Assembly (NCBI GenBank): GCA_045837725.1
Contig: JBEWZL010000152.1
Location: 248,001 to 312,000, forward strand
Length of the DNA: 64,000 nucleotides
Reading direction: 5' to 3'
DNA from: Vermamoeba vermiformis
Lineage: Eukaryota
Position 1 is the first letter of the stretch. The number at the start of each line of letters is the position of its first letter. Shown piece after piece: positions 23,130-35,909 of this stretch. The notes under the pieces were generated by a model. The model was given only the letters and a program-made list of their open reading frames with translations, had not been told where the DNA came from and ran no database searches. The position numbers and the translations under genes are program-made.

Positions 23130-25634
23130 TTACTCAGCGCTCTCAGGGCTCAACCACTTGTCGAATGATCGGTAGAAGAACAAGCTCATGCGTTGATCCT
23201 TGTCAACCACGAGCAACTTCTCGATCAACTCTCGAGCGGTCTCAGGCAAAGATTGATACTCTTCAGCTTGCTTGTTGAATTCACCGGCGATAATCTTCTG
23301 AATCTTTTCGTCAGCTGAGGAACCTTGGAACACATCCACATTGCAGCCAGTGAACAATTTGTAAAGGCAGACACCCATGCACCAGACGTCGAATTGTTCT
23401 TCGTTGTTGAATCCACCGACAGTAGTGAAGGTCTCTGGTGGCATGTCGAACATATTAGCAGTGCCTGGGACGGTAGTGCTGGGTTTCTTGCGCGCATCCA
23501 ACCAGTCGATACACTTAATCTCCTCTGAATATCATATAGAAAATTAGAACTTGTAATATCAAGTGATGTTTGGTAAGTAAAAATTCTAAATGTAATTTTC
23601 TATTATTTCTACGGATTTTTTGAAATTGAGAAAAATGGATCTCGTTTTAAACTCGTTCAAGCGATTAAGCTTAGCATATTATCTTATTATATTAATATTA
23701 CTTACCAGTGAGAGGATTGATGATGAATTGATCGATGGTAGGACCGTGGGTTACGTAGTTCCAAGCCATGCGTTGTCCAAAGTCGAACAGATGCAAGACG
23801 AGCTTTCTCATATCCTTTTCAATGTCCTCGAAGGGCAGTCTTCGCATGACAGGCCCATCAATCATACGCTTCTCTTCCAACCATTGGCGAAGTGGTTTCC
23901 ACATCGGATGTACCGTACGCGCCTCGTAGACGTAACCGTTAGATACTCCAGACTTGAAGTAGTCTATGAATAAGGGTTCTCCGCCAAAGTTGTTGAGGTC
24001 GTTGTAGATCTCGTTCAAGCGATCCGAAGTCTCCTTGCAGAGCTCAAGATCTTCATGCTTAGTCTTGACGATAACGACCTCCTGTTCGTGGCCATTGAAG
24101 TCGACTTTACCGGTAAATCGTTCAGAAGCAACGCCAACAGGAGCGAAGTAATTGAAGGTCCATTCGGAGGAGCTAGCGGGAACTACATCCGTAAACTGAT
24201 CCATGAAAGTAGGTTCAGGAACTTCCTCGAACAAGAAAGAGACGTTCAAACCAGTGAATTGCAAGGTAAATCCATGGTTCTCGACTTGAATATTGATCTA
24301 ATAAGGAACGCGGTCAGATTCAGTGAACGAAATTCTTTTTCTGGATGTGGATTTGCCTTACCTTGCTAATCTCCTTGATAGGCAACTTATAGTCTTCAGT
24401 AAAATTCTTGAGCGTTGATTGGACTTTGCGAGCCAAATCGTCCTTCTTCAACTTCAACTTGCCTTGGATGGATTTGGAGGTCATCTTTTCCGCAGCTTCT
24501 ACCAAAGTAGCAAAGCGCAATTGGAATACGATGTTACGAAGAGCAGCCAAAACGCTGAAGCTGCGAATGAAGGGATTGGACTTGAGCAGCATATTAATTG
24601 TAGCGGCAGAGATCTCAACGCGGATGCCGAAGCGAAGAGCGAGCTCATTGAGATCGATCTCTTCAAGCCTAGCATAGATATATGTAAGTAACGTGCTATA
24701 TACGCATTGATAAAGACTTACGATTGCGACAACAAGAGATCGAATTGCAACTTGGAAAGATCTGCGCTTTGGATCATGCCAGCTAAAAAAGAAGAACGGT
24801 TAGCGCAATCCTTAGAGAGTACGTATAACTTCATTTAAGCACTTCTGAATATATTTGCTTACCTCCTTGTTTAGCGAAGGGACTTTCGTTGGAGAAGGTG
24901 AAATCCGCAACGTAACCAGGCTTGCCGTTGATGCTCGTATTCTCGAAGTGCGCAGTCTCGTACAAGGTGTTGCCCATCATGGTATTAATGAAGACGAAGA
25001 GGTTCTTAATCTTCTCAATTTCTTCAGCAGATGCGCCATCTTGCAAAAGGAATTCGAAGCGAGCCTTATTCTTCGAATCAGGTTGGGCATCGTAGGATAC
25101 ACGAGCGTGGATCTTAGCGGTATCAGGGTTCAGCTGTCCAATTTCAACGACCACATCTGCTGCGAACGCATCCGGATTCGATGTAGGAGCGATTGAGCTG
25201 TTGTTGTTGGATGAAGGAGCTACTACAGCAGAGCTAGACGATTTGAGCACTTGCTTTTCGGTCTGGATGTTCTCCTTGGCCTTCTTCATCAAGTACGTAA
25301 CGCTGCGCATCAGATTCGCTGATTGAAGTTTCGTCTTAATTTCCTTTAACTTATCTGTAGAATGGTTCTTAGCATTATTTTCCTTCTTTCCCCACCACTC
25401 GAAGAACTCGTCGAAGGAGATCGAGCCGTTGCCATCCTTGTCGAGTACAGCCAAGTACTTTTGAACTTCTTCTTCGGTCATGATCTCGCCCATAGCAAAA
25501 ACTAATTCGTGGAACTCTTTAGCATCAATTTCACCGCTGCCATCTGTGTCGAACAAGTTGAAGATCTCGCGTACTTTGGCTTTCAAAGCTTCTCTGCTTT
25601 GAGGATTAGCGTAAAGCACTTTATTGTTAAGCAT
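23130..25634 (-). CDS. EF-hand pair plus C-terminal protein-kinase-like (probable pseudokinase) domain
   Basis: EF loops DTDGSGEIDAKE and DKDGNGSISFDE. Kinase C-lobe MPPE...FDVWCMGVCLYKL..G...ARELIEKLLVVDKDQRMS. HRD and DFG positions read THG and DWL. Confidence 0.75.
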
Positions 25635-26020
25635 GATCGATACTTTAATGAAGTAAATATAATCATTCAGTTGGCGACAGTTTTTTTTATAGTTGCGAGA
25701 TTTTTCGCGAGATATTTACTGTCCGCATTGTAATGTTAGGACATTCCCAAAATAGCCAATCTTATAATTTCGCGCGACAGAAAATCGGTAAACATGCAAT
25801 TCTGTTGTGACATCATCAACAACTGAGGACGTGGCACCTCAAATATGGGAACGAATGGAATTCTATTTCGATCTGGATCCACATCCACCCCGTACTGCAG
25901 TACTCGATCTGACTCATTATAGCGTGATCCTATAACATGCAACACGTATTAACACTAACAGTAAAAGCGGAATTATTCCAATATTTTTGGATTGAATTTA
26001 TTATTTACATGATTTACAGT

Positions 26021-29000
26021 TTATTCAGGCTTGCGCTCGTTATCCTCCTTCTTATCATTTTGATCGTTTTTCTCTTTATCCTCGGACTTGTTGAGCGCAG
26101 AGAATGTAGTTAACGGAGCGTTACTCGACTTGACCAAAGATCTTGTCGCTTGATCCAAAATTGAACGAGCCAAATCCGGTTCCACTTCCAGCCAAGTTAT
26201 TATTCGTATTCGCAGCACTCATCTTATTGTCAGTCAAGCCAAAGTCTGAGCCCAATCGTTTGGTCATTGATGCCTCGCCAAACTGAATGCCTTGGAACTC
26301 GAACTTTGGTTGTTCTGTTTCTGTGTTCTTTGATGCATCTGTTGATGCTGGCACATTGAGCGATGATGGCGTAAATGAGAACGATGAAGGTGCGAAGGAG
26401 TACGATGTAGTTGATGATGATGTGTTGGACGTGCTCGTGTTCTTGGGCTTGACAGGCTTGTCGTCATCGCTGTCACTGTCTTCGTCGTCGCTCTCGTCAG
26501 GGATCGGGTTGCGACTCTTTTTCTGAGGTTTGTTTGGCGTCGATTGCGTTGGCTGTTGGGTAGAAGGAGCACCAAGGGCACTGCCAAAGTTCATTGAGAA
26601 CGGCGAGGCTTTGTTCGTGCTAGTGTTGCCAAAACCAAAGTTGAAAGACGGTGTCGGAGCTTGGGTCTCGGGCTTTGTCTCTTCGGTCTGACCAAACTTA
26701 AATGTCGCTGCACCCATTGCTGACAAATCAAACTTCGGTGCTTCATTCTTTGGCTCATCCTTCTTAGCCTCCGGTTGACCAAAACTTCCGGATCCGAATG
26801 AAGGAGTATTGGTACCGAACGAGGGTGTTCCAAAGCCAAAGCCGAAGCCAGTTGAAGGCGTCTCGGGTTTCTTCTCTTCGGGCTTAGCTTCTTCCTTCGC
26901 CTTCTCTTCGGACTGCTCTGACTCCTTTGGTTTGTCTTCAGGCTTCGTTTGTCCGAACGAGAACGAAGGAGTGTTGCCGAAACCTAAGGCCAAAGCCTGT
27001 TGTTGGCGCAGAGGACTCTTGTTGTTGTGAAGCACCAAAGCCGAACGAAGGAGTGTTGCTAAAGCCCGTGAAGTCAAAACTGAGCTTCTCTTTCGGAGCT
27101 GCGGAAGTGTCCGTGCTCGTGCTTGGGGCAGGGAAGTTGAATGCAAACGGCTTTTGCTCTTCTTTCTTCTCTTCAGGAGCAGGTTTATCCTCAACTTTAA
27201 GTTCAGCTTGAGGCTTCTCTTCACTCTTGGCCTCGTGCTCGAGCTCCAGCGGGCTTATCAGAAATCAGCTTGATCCTCGTGCTTCTCCTCCGTGCTCTCG
27301 GCCTTAGATTCATCAGAGCCTTGTGCTTCGGCCTTTTCCGATTTCTGCTCGGCGTTGTTGTGCTGTTGCTCTTCAGCAGGTTCAGAGGACTGATCGACAT
27401 TGCTCGTGTCAACGTTTTCTTCAGCGGGTTGGACCTCAAGAGCTTTTTCTTCAGGCTTGTCTTGTGCTGGTTCGTTGGACTTGTCCTCATCATTAGACTC
27501 GTCGATTTGTGAAGAGACAATGGATCCAGGCGGTGACATAAGAGTTGAGGCAAACAACGGGTTGTCGTGCTCAGATCCAAAGTGTGATCCACGTTCAACT
27601 TGTTTCCAGCCAGTCGATTCAACAGACATGTTTGAGCCTTCGAGCACTGAGACGCTCAGTTCAGATTGCGACTCGTCTGATCTAACAGAGTCCGTGACGT
27701 CCTTGTTCAATGACTCTTCAACATGACTGTCCGACACGAGTGATGGCACGTCACTGGGAACCGACTCAACAGCACTGCCTTCAACAGCACTCTTTTCATC
27801 AGTCTGTTCGGACTTGTCTTCAACTGCACTGTCAGTCTTAGGCTCTTCAGTTGGCTCTGCTTGCTGATTAGTGTTGTTCGAGTTGCTCGTCTCAGTCTTC
27901 TCTTCAGTGCTGCCTTTGTACTCTTCGGCAGCCGGTTGTTCGACTTGCTTCTCCTCAGGCTGGTTCTTTTTCTTCAGCACACTACGCAAGTCCACACCAG
28001 CTGCCATGCCCGGCAAGGCAAAGCCAAAGCCAAGTTTAGGCTTGGCAGGACTAGGCTCTTGTTCTGTAGTTACCACGTTAGCTATGTCATTTGCAAAGTT
28101 CGTCGATCTTACCTTCAGGCTCGTCTTTAGGCTCTGCTTCATCAACAGAAATTTCAGTTGGTTTGTCTTCAACTTCAGGCTCGGTCTCTTCCTTCTTCTC
28201 AAAAGCAGGAGGATGGCCAGGCTTACGACGATTTTTAGGGCCAGCAGCACGTTGGAACTGAATGTAGAATTGTTAGCTGGTTCAAAAGTGTCACTAAAAT
28301 AAAAGTATCACGTACGTGACTCAAAGTCGCTGTGTGCTTCTCATCAATTGCATCAGTGACGTTATGCTCGCCTTCGTGCGGGTCATCATCACTCGCTGAA
28401 GCAGGGTCTGAATCACTGCCTTCATCGTGACTCGCTTCAACTGTAGTGTTGACGGACTCGGAGACACTGTCATGGACTGACTGGCTTACTGATTGACTCT
28501 CTTGTGACTCGCTAATCACGGAGTCATTAACGCTTGGCTCTTCAACCTTCTCTTTTTCGTCCTTAGCCTCGGGCTGCTCAGACTTTTCTTCCTTATCACC
28601 GTGCTTTGGTTCGTCAGTCTCGTGTTTGTCGTCCTTAATTTCAGGTTCCTCGGGCTTTTCAGCCTTGTCCTCGTGTTTAGTCTCACCAGTCTTGTCCTTG
28701 TTATCATCTTTCTTCTCTTCTTTCTGGTCATCGGACTTTGAGAGCGAAGAGAAGGTCGTCAAAGGCGCAGCACTCACTTGACCAAAGATCTTGTCGCTTG
28801 ATCCGAAGTTGAACGAGCCAAATCCGGTTCCACTTCCAGCCAAGTTGTCATTGTTGTTAGCAGCACTCATCTTATTGTCAGTCAAGCCAAAGTCTGAGCC
28901 CAATCGTTTGGTCATTGATGCCTCGCCAAACTGAATGCCTTGGAACTCGAACTTTGGTTGTTCTGTTTCTGCGTTCTTTGATGCATCTGTTGATGCTGGC

Positions 29001-32000
29001 ACACTGAACGATGATGGTGTAAATGAGAACGATGAAGGTGCGAAGGAGTACGAGGTGGCTGATGATGATGTGTTGGACGTGCTCGTGTTCTTGGGCTTGA
29101 CAGGCTTGTCGTCATCGCTGTCACTGTCTTCGTCATCACTCTCGTCAGGGATGGGCTTCATAGGGTCCTTCAAGTGCTTCGAGGGCTTGTCTTGAGCTGC
29201 CTTGTCTTTCTCCAACAAGCCACCACCGAACGAAAAACCAAAGCTCGGTTGTGGTGCCTCATCGGGTTTCTTCTCTTCCGTCTGACCGAACTTAAACGTC
29301 GCTGCACCCATGGCTGACAAATCAAACTTTGGTGCTTCAGTGCTTTCTTGTGGCTTTTCAGACACTTTCGGCTCTTCAGGCTTCTTTTCCTCGGACTTGG
29401 TCTCAGTAGCAGGATGACCGAACGAGAACGAAGGAGTGGATCCAGTGCCGAACGACGGAGTTCCAAAACCAAAGCCAAAGCCTGTTGACGAACCACTTTC
29501 AGGCTTCTTTTCCTCGGGCTTGTTCTCTTCATGTTTCTTTTCTTCATCAGACTTTGCTTCAACCTTAGTCTCTTCAGCCTTTGTCTCTGGCTTGGTCTCG
29601 GTAGTTTGACCGAATGAGAATGACGGTGTTGTGGCACCAAATGAAGGAGTACCTCCGAATCCAAAGCCTGTTGATGAACCGCTTTCAGGCTTCTTTTCTT
29701 CAGACTTGATTTCAGCAGGCTGGCCGAATGAGAATGAAGGAGTGTTGGTGGTAGAATGAAGGAGTGCCGCCGAAACCAAAACTGAAGCCAGTTGAAGGTA
29801 CTTCAGCCTTCTCTTCCTCGGGCTTGGTTTCACCCTTTGGTTTCTCTTCGACAGTCTTGGAGTCCTTGTCATCAGTCTTGGTATGTTTGTCTTCGGCCTT
29901 TTGTTCGTCAGAAGGCTCTTTATCTTCATCCTCGTGAGAGCTGTCTCCTTCTTCGGAGTCAACTTCCGAATTATCTTCATGAACCGCTTCGTTTGTGTTA
30001 CTCTCTTCAGGCTTGTCCTTTTCAGTTGGTGTCTCTGAGGTAACAAGCTCTTTAGGCTCCTCAGTCTTCGTCTCGGTAGGTTCAGACGTGGCTGATTGGC
30101 CAAATGAGAACGAAGGGGCTGTGGCGCCGAATGACGGAGTTGATCCGAATCCAAAACCAGTTGAGGGAGTCTCAGGCTTTGCCGTTTCGGTCTTTTCTTC
30201 CTTTGGCTTGTCACTTGAAGTGGCACCAAAGTTAAAACCGAAGCTGGGAGTGGCGGTCTTGTCCTCTGCTTTCGCATCCGGCTTGTTGGTTTCTTGCTCG
30301 GTCTTAGCAGGTTGTCCAAACGAGAATGAAGGCGCGGTAGTACCAAATCCGAAGCCAAAGCCGGCAGAAGGCGTAGCATTATCGCCCTTCTTTTCTTCAG
30401 GATTTTGTTCCTTTGGTTTGTCGGATGTGACTATACCAAAGCCACCAAAGACAGGAGCAGCTTCATCCTTCTTTGATTCAGTATTGTCACTCTTAAGAGT
30501 TTGCCCGAATGAGAACGATGGAGCGCCGAAGCCAAATCCAGTTTCGGACTTGTTCTCTTCAGCCTTTGGCTTCTCGCTTGCGGGAACACCAAAATTAAAT
30601 CCAATTGAAGGCTTATCTTCAGATTTCTTCTCTTCAGGCTTTGTTTCAGCGGGCTTAGCCTCCGTAGATTTTCCGCCGAGAGAAAATGCTGGTACGCCGT
30701 TAAACGGACCTTGACCTTCTTCATCATCAGGCTGCTCAGGCTCGAGTTTTGGCGTAAAAGACTCGAAAGAAAGCTTGGGGCTTGCGGCAGGTAATTCAGG
30801 AGTCTTATCCTTGGGCTCACCGGTGAATGAAAATGATCCGAAACCAAATCCAGGTTCTGGTTTCTTTTCTTCGGTCTTATCAAGCTGTCTAGGGCTGAAT
30901 GAGAATACTGGAGCAGGAGACTCCGGTCTCTTTTCCTCCTTTGTCTTGTTGGTCGGAGATCCAAAGCTGATCGAAGGAACCTCCGCCTTCTTTTCTTCCG
31001 TAGGCTTGTCTTGTACACCAAACGAAGGAGTACCAGTTCCAAAGCTAAATTGTGGCACAATTGGATACTTTGGTGGAGCAGAAGTAGGTTGAACTTTGGG
31101 TTTGTTGTCAGGCTTTGTTGGCGTGGATGTGAGAGGCACGTCGTCGCTATCACGTGGCTTAGCCGTAGGAGTAGGGCCTGTAAACCATCCATCAGAGTCA
31201 TCGCTATGATCGCTCTCCTCGCTTTCTTCGCGCTCTTCATCCTCCTCTTCGTGTTCTGAATCCGTCTCCTCGCCGCTCTTTTCCTCGCTCGGATCTTGAT
31301 CTGACCTTTGAGAAGACGATAGCGACATGGTGTCTTTAAAGAGCTCGTTACGCTCAGATCCAAAGTGTGATCCTCGCTCTTCGCGCCAACCAGCAGACTC
31401 GACCGATCGATCGGACTTCATCAGTTCTGACGCACTCATCTCCGATTTGACAGATGAGCCGAGTGTGCTTTGTGCTGGCGATTGATTGTCTGGCTTAGCA
31501 CTGCCAAAATCGAATGATTGTGGAGCGTTACTTGGCTTACTCGCGTTGAAATTGAACGGTGAACTGTTATCTACCAACGTCGCGACCGCGCTAGATTTTT
31601 TCTCTTCCGCGGGCTTTGTAGGAGCAAAAGCAAACGGTGATTGAGTGCTCTTATCTGCAGGCTTATTATCAAAGCCAAAGAAAGGCGTTGATGTTGCAGC
31701 TCCATTGCTCTCAGTCTTCTTATCTTCAGGCTTATTTGCTGATGTCTTTGAAGCCGTAGAGTTGAAATCAAACGAGAAATTTCCAGCGCTCGGCTTGCTC
31801 TCCGCTTGATCTTTCGGCTTGTCAGTGCCGCTAGATGTTGGAGCTGGGCCAAATGAGAACGGAGACGCGGAGGTTGAAGGAGTGCCAAATCCAAATGCAG
31901 GCGTCTTGTCCGTGGACGGGGCACCAAAGCCGAATGCAGACGCCGTTGTACCTCCAGTCTTGTTGTCCGTTGAAGGTGCGCCAAAGCCAAAAGGTGCCGT

Positions 32001-35000
32001 GGTAGTGCTACCAGTCTTGTTGTCCGTTGTAGGAGCACCAAACGTGAACGGTGAAGCACCGCCTGAAGGTGCAGGTGTCGGTGTAACAGCCACTGAAGGA
32101 GCACCAAAATCAAAGGTCTGTGCATTACGCAACACTTCAGCTCGACTAGGCTTAGCAGGACTAGTCTTCGGCTGAACAATGTTTGGAGACACGATCTTTG
32201 TAGGAATTGGTGGGAAGTTTGTCGTTGCTGAAATCAAACTGGCTTTCTTTTGCGGATCCAGATCTGTGTCTGACAACTGACGTTTCTTCTTTTGAGGCTT
32301 TGACTCGTCATTTGAATCTTCGTCTTTATCTTTATAGCTTTCCTTTGGCGGTGACGGGATTGGAATGTCAGTCTTGATGACGGCCGTGGGAACGCTTGGC
32401 TTGGTCGGTGGTGCGTTGACTACTGGCACTGTGGGCGATGTGATAAATTGAATTCGGCTTGGCGTTGGCAATGTAGCTGGCGTTGGCTTTGCAACAGGGG
32501 TGCCAACGTTGAAATTGTTGCCAAACAAGTTAGTCTGTGATGGTGGCTTTGTCTCGGGTGTCGAGATCTGGTCTCCGCCAAAGTCCAACTTTCGTGCGGG
32601 TGGCGGGGACTCGTGCTTCTTGGCCGGCATATTAAACATGCTGGGCGTGCTAGGAGTGCTGGGCGTAACGCTACCCTTTGAGCTCGACAATTGCAAAGCT
32701 TCACTGCGGAGTTTTTTCAAGTCTGACAATTGCTGCTCACGTCGGCGTTTGGCTGAAGCAGTCGGTGTCATGTCCACAGCGGGAGAAATAAACGGCTGAG
32801 TGTCAAAAACAGACGGTGTGCCGGGTGTCATGGGAGTCAAATTAGTGTTCTCCAGTTCCATGGGATCACCACGGAGAGCATGAAGTTCGTTCTTGAGCTG
32901 TTCTAATTTCTTTTGTTCTTCTTCTTTCGTGAACGAAAAATCGCTTGAACGCTTCATGTACTGTTCAGCTCGTTGCAAAAACTCCTTTCTGTGGTTCATT
33001 TCGTTAGCACTGGAAGTCTATTAAGCGGTCATAATGCTTACCTTTGTGATGATTGGAACTGAGACAAAGACAACTCGATCAACAGCAAGTACGAAGAACT
33101 CGTGCCCAGATTGTTGACACAAGCCATGGCTTTAGTGTAATCATTGATTTTCAACGCTCGTTTCGCCAATGTTTCCAAGATATTTCGTGCGTCATCAAGC
33201 ATTGCTTGTTTGTCACTAAGAAGGTAAATATTATTAGAATAAGAACACCATAATGGACTTTAACGAATCTTACCTTTGTACGATGGAATTGTTGACACGT
33301 GTCTCCAAAAGTTGACGCAATTGTTTCACGAGCTTTTTGCCCAAGTTGATCGTATACTTTTCATAAACAGGCGCGAATTCTTTTTGCAGCTCGGTCTCGG
33401 GGTCAATGCAACGACCACTGTAGAGCTTGGTCAAGAAATAAAGTGACGGATTATCACTTGGTCCAATTCTAAAAAGTGTGCGTTAGTCTTACTTTCCATT
33501 ACTATAAAATTGTTCTATTCATACCTAATCTTGTCAATCCAGTGGGCGATGCTAGTAACCGAGGGCAAATCTTCGTGCTTGGTCCACGGCGCGTCTAATT
33601 TCTTTTTGCTAGACAGAATTCTGATCGCCTTTCGACTGTCACGCCAAAGCGGGTCATTGGCGTTGATGGCAGGTGTCAAAAGTGTCACATAGAAATACGT
33701 GATAAAATCGACTACGTGAGGCGAAGACATCTCGCGGTAAATGTTCGTGTCAATTTTGGGCAGATCCAAGCCAAACAAAGTGTTGAAAATTTCTTCAATA
33801 ACGCCGTGTAACTTGTTCTCGTGATAAAATCCACAAACGCGCAACACGCTGTCAATGTTATCAGCGTATTCAGGAGTCGAAGTGAGAATTTGCAAGTCTA
33901 GGCCCTTCGTTGAATTCAACAACCCATCGATGTCAAATGACGCCAATTGTTCTTCGTCCAAATGACCTTTGTACGTGTTGATTAAGCTCCAAAGTTGCTT
34001 GCCAACTTCGCTACGTCGCTGAAGTGTGGACATTTTGCTCTCAGCAGGAAAATCTGTAACAAAACAGAATTAGCCCTGCAAAAGATGACTTTCACGTGAG
34101 AAACGTACTGTTAAAACATTTGTTAAGTCTTGCAAATGCTTCTCGCAATGCAGTCGTTTGTTCTTCGCTGGAAGTGGTTTGACTCGCCTCGCGAATGAAC
34201 GTCGAGGCGTAATGTTGATCGACACGTGCAGCGTATTCCTAATAAGGCAATGAGTTAATAATACTGTAATCGTATAGTAGGTCCCGGGCTTACATCAATA
34301 GCATAGGTCCAATATAGCTCATCATCTTCGTCGAGCTGTGCAGGAGGGTTTTCTCGAGCAGATCTCACCAGATCCTCGAACTCTTTGCACTTAGTCATGC
34401 TTAAAGTATAGAAGCTATTCAACCATTAGCACCATATATATATATATCGTCTATTATACTTACTTTGAATCAATAAATAGTTTGGTGTATCGGTCGGCAA
34501 AGTGCATCCACGCCAACACAATTTCGTGCATTTGAACTGTTTGATCAGAATCATCGTCCATTGCATCATCTATATTATATTATTAGCATCGTATTACTAT
34601 AGTAATATAATATAAGCGTATAATTACCTTGTTGTTTTTCTTTGTGTTTTTGGATCAGTCGCGATAAGAAATGCAAGCCCCATTCCCACCATCGAATATT
34701 TGTTTCAAAATATCGATTGCACTTTTCAAAGTGTTGGAATATACTACCAAGATAATATTATTAATGCTAATAATTATTTTTGAAACGTTTTTTTGAGTGA
34801 CTTACGAAAAATATGACTCGCGTGCTTCGAGGGCCTCCAAGTACTGAATATTAATGCCTAAATGCTTGGGATAATGAACGAGACCTGCTGCGGCCTGTTC
34901 GAACACTTTGCTCGCATCTGCAAATGAAAATTATCAAATTTAACTCGTGTTCGATGTATTCAAAAGTGACGTGTGAGGACTTACTTGACAGCTTCAAAAT

Positions 35001-35909
35001 TTCAATGCGGTTTTGAATAATTTCGGCTTTTTCATCATTATTGGCCTTAGTCTCAGCTCTATATTATAATTAATGCCTATTCATGATAAAAATTACTCAT
35101 CATAAGGCGTACCTGTCAAGCCAAAAGTTGGCCTCGGCAATGTTTTTGACTTGCAAATAGAGCGATGATAATTTGAGCATCAATCTTATTTGCGAGTCGT
35201 CTATGGATAAGGACCTATTTTTAGAAATTTAAACGTCAGAATATTTCCTTATTTGTCGCAACAAAAGACTCATAAAAAGTTGCTACTTTTTTGTGCAAAC
35301 TGAAAAGTGTTTGTTAAATTTACGTATTATCGCATAAATATATAAGTATAATTACCTATTATAAGCTTTAATAGCGTCATTAGGGCAGTTCAGCTCTTCG
35401 TATATTTGTCCGAGCAAATTGTAGCCCTAAAAAAAATACTCTGGTTAAATAATATTGCTCTACTAACACGACGGTAATGCCGTAATGCTAAATATTGCCT
35501 TATTCGTAATTTTAAATATTAAATATTTTTTTTGGCGCGTGAATTACCTTGACGTCCTGTGTTTTGATAGCCAAATACTCCTCTAAATAATTCTTCGCAT
35601 CTGCTTTTTCTCCAGCTTCGTATAATTTAAAAGCAAAAGAGAAATAATAGCTCTTTTTCTGTTGAGAAAGAATAAACGTCAGATCTTGATCTAAATAATT
35701 TAAAAAATGTAGGAGATTTTTTAATTGTATAATAAGGTAGAAAAAACGGTATTTATTGTCCATTTAGCACTTTTATATGTGAATTAAATGGCTAGAAAAA
35801 TTTTAAAAAATTCCATAAGAGAGTGGATTGAGGTTCTTACCTGTGCAGGAGAAGGATTAGAACCCACTAGAGTCTTAATTAATTGCTGTAAGTCTTTGGC
35901 TTTCGACAT
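26021..35909 (-). CDS. Giant FG-repeat nucleoporin with Nup358/RanBP2-like N-terminal TPR/solenoid
   Basis: Spliced N-terminus MSKAKDLQQLIKTLVGSNPSPAQ|KKSYYFSFAFKLYEAGEKADAKNYLEEYLAIKTQDVK|GYNLLGQIYEE...AIKAYN|RSLSIDDSQ..., then a helical region, a short coiled coil and about 2000 aa of FG/FxFG repeats with charged spacers. Several small frameshifts in the 3' part. Confidence 0.8.
26128..26504. repeat. Intragenic duplication copy A (377 bp)
   Basis: Near-identical to 28776-29152; encodes IPDESDDEDSDSDDDKPVKPK...FGSSDKIFGQV. Confidence 0.95.
28776..29152. repeat. Intragenic duplication copy B (377 bp)
   Basis: Near-identical to 26128-26504. Looser similarity extends upstream (APKFDLSAMGAATFKFGQTEE in both). 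Confidence 0.95.

Noticed and set aside
25736-25945. Short minus-strand ORF or extra nucleoporin exon
   Set aside because: No recognisable motif and no clear upstream donor; the nucleoporin has a plausible stop at 26021.
4380-29760. Programmed ribosomal frameshifting as the cause of the frame breaks
   Set aside because: No shared slippery or stop-adjacent motif. Most breaks are single extra bases, typical of long-read consensus error.
29995-32800. Long + strand ORFs opposite the nucleoporin
   Set aside because: Antisense shadows of a low-complexity coding strand.
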